A DNA stretch of 64,000 nucleotides from Sphaerodactylus townsendi (Eukaryota): assembly GCF_021028975.2 (NCBI RefSeq), contig NC_059430.1, positions 60,326,001 to 60,390,000 of the forward strand. Direction: 5' to 3'. Shown in pieces: positions 61,283 to 64,000 of this stretch; within the stretch, counting starts at the first letter, position 1, and each line of letters begins with the position of its first letter. The position numbers were made by a program, and so were the translations under genes. The notes beneath the pieces were generated by a model. That model worked only from the letters and a program-made list of their open reading frames with translations, ran no database searches and was not told the origin of the DNA.

Positions 61283-64000
61283 AATGGACTTGAGTTGCAG
61301 CTATTCTTTAAAAAGTAAGGATCTGTTGTGAGTTTAAACATTAGGTTGTTTTAACATAAAGACTAATGTACAATAATGTGTAATGAGGCTAGAAGAAAGG
61401 AGGCTCAGACAATGATCTGGTTGTGAGAATAGTGCTGTTCACAACGTTCAAGTGCATCTCTATTTTTATTATGAAAAAGACTGAGGGTATGACATGGTCC
61501 AAAGACATGCAATGACATGATTCTGAATGGACAACAGCCTTGAGGAATCCTTGTGCTTATGTGTTTCCCTGCTTTTGAATGCAGGACGGTTTGCTTAAGA
61601 CTTGTACTTTAAGAGCAAACTATATGTTTGAAATAGCAACTATGGTTATTCTCTTCCACACAAACCAGGCTTTGTCTTGGTTTGTTATTCTAATATGTAG
61701 AAACTACTGCTAAGTGTCGTTTGTGGTCTTCAAAAATTCTATTGATTTCAACAGGAGTTACAAGTAACTTACATTTCTTATTTGTACTGTTTTACTCAAG
61801 GGGCTTGAAGCAGAGGTACTTTCTTGGCCACTTTCTTACTGGCAGTCTTTACCTGCCTGTAGAAACTTTCTTTCAACTCTGGATTGCAAATTGTAGTTTG
61901 CTATGAAAGTGGAAATCAAACTGGGTGTGATGGGAATGGAATGTGCGATCCAAAGGATTCTTCAGGCTTATTAACATCTTGACACACATCATTACATGAA
62001 GGATAATTAGGACTCACATCCTAACTTTGGCTACTGTACTATTTTCCTAGGCGATAGTCAGATAAACATATTTAAATATTATGCATATTAAGGGTAGTAT
62101 AACAGCAGCTATATACAATTCTATTGAGTGTAGGTTTAATGTCATGTGATCAGCTTCTCCGTCATATAAACTCTCTCACGCGCACACACACTGCTAATAC
62201 ATTTAAATCACAAAATGATATTTGAATGATGCTGCATCTCAGCAAAATGAGAACTGGGATTTATTAGTCCTGTTAAACAACAAATATTCAGTATCTGTTA
62301 TAAAACACCTGAGTTAGCAAAGTAATCCATGTGCAGGAAAGTACTTAAGCCACATGCTTAAGGACCAACTGGATGAGTTATTGCTTATATAAACTATAAT
62401 GTTTAAAAAGAGCAGTAATGCTGCAAATTATAGTCCTCCAAATGTATTTCAAACCTTGGGGAAAATGCAAAAGATGAGTCGTGATGAATATGTAGAAGAA
62501 GTTGCACCAAATCATTGATAGCTGCTATAAATATCTATTAAAATCAAAAGAATGGAATTAATTTTCTTTCAGTAAAACAGATGATGCTTTGGAAAAAATT
62601 TTTTCCAAAGGTCTTGTATGCAAATATTGATCTGTGGACTCAAGACAGATTGAAGTAATTAGTTGTGGCACTGAATTTGCCCTTTAACTGTGCACCTCAG
62701 AAAATACAGATTCACAAAACATACATGTATTCTGCATCCTAGAAGACTTCTAAAGCTTCCATTGAATCAAATATTTGAGACTTGCATAGGTTACATTAAT
62801 ATTGCCTGGATAGTAAATCTGATCTGTCCCACCAAACTATCCTTTAAGGTGAATCATCTGGTATTCAGCCTTATTCCTATTTGTCTGGTGCTATCAAAGC
62901 ATAGAGGTTGGATAGGCAGAACTGCCTCAGCTGCAAAAAGATTAATTCTCCAGCACTAAAAATCTAAGGGATCTTCTTACATAGACACATGGGCAGAAAA
63001 CTTGCTGATACTAGCAATTAACAAGGGAATGCATTCAATAGATTGATGTATGTATAGGAGAACTTTAAAGCAATTTGTTCTTTCGTTTTAGAACTGCTTA
63101 AAACATTAAAAACATAGGAGTTAATGAAAGGTTGGCTTTGATTGGACCTAGCCTTAAATTAGCTAGCTGATTGGATGAATGCATCAGTGTGGCAAATAAT
63201 TCTCATGCATAGATAATTATACCTGTTTTTACAATTCCAACTATAAAATGTGGCATTGTTACAGAATGTCCATATTCTTGAATCATTTAAAAAATGGTAT
63301 GGATGGGGGAGCAGTTGATGAATTTAGAAAATCTGTTTCATACATTCTGCTGGTGCACACTATGGGACACCTTAAAGAGTAGCACATTTACTAAAGCATA
63401 CGTTTCATAAACGAGAGCCTACTTTGTCAAAGTATAAACTTAGACTACTCTAAGCCACTGAGTACATGGATTCCAAAAAGGGAAGGAAATGTTTTACACA
63501 TTAGAGCAAAAAGGCCAAGAAATCACAGCAAATTGTAGTATCGGTAGCTATACCAAATTTCTGCGCACAGCAGAAAGAAATACAAGATCTAATTAGAGTG
63601 GGCTTGACCCATTCTGAACTAGCAGCTGCTGGTGATAGATTAGCATAGCAAGAAAGATAGCATTTGCACCTGAAATAGAACAATTACTTTCTGAAGCTAA
63701 GAAGTCAATCCGAATGCTTGTTAATTCCAAATGCTACGATATCATAGGTGCTAATTAATTTTAATCAAGCAGTTTTATATCGGAACATTGTTTTGAAACT
63801 TTTCTTGTTGAACATTGGTGGTTTCCAGGTTAGGGAGCCTGAAATACTTTCCAACAATTTCTGCCTTATGGCTTGTGAAAATTGTAGAAGTAGTAGTGAT
63901 GGTACCTATCACAACATATTCTGTGTAAATGAGACCTTGAATAGTTTGATCTCATAGCGGTATTGGCTGTCATCAGTACAGAATTGACAGTGAGTTTTTT

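Noticed and set aside
63501-63683. Minus-strand acceptor-like site with ORF
   Set aside because: No recognisable homology and only weak donors

Overview
Vertebrate genomic DNA, AT-rich with GC-rich islands. It is almost certainly squamate and probably gecko, judged from Squam-type tRNA SINEs, 5S-headed Sauria-like SINEs, SPIN and URR1-like hAT MITEs. I could not recognise any host protein-coding exon, so the window reads as intronic or intergenic. Every ORF with a recognisable motif is a transposon relic: Penelope GIY-YIG, Copia integrase, Gypsy zinc knuckle/protease, L2 and Rex1/Babar RT C-termini, and another LINE RT. The most notable signal is a set of five minimal type I hammerhead ribozyme motifs (CUGAAGA...GAAAC-GUC) carried by Penelope pseudo-LTR sequence at four loci. 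Two of these loci are tiny non-coding head-to-head palindromic insertions (15.6 kb and 36.2 kb) that retain an intact catalytic core on the + strand. Also present are a SPIN MITE (a horizontally transferred family), a candidate non-autonomous Helitron, several young PIF/Harbinger-, hAT- and Tc1/mariner-type MITEs, solo LTRs, microsatellites and two 161-N assembly gaps. Family names come from motif recall, not database searches. Boundaries without TSD support are approximate.
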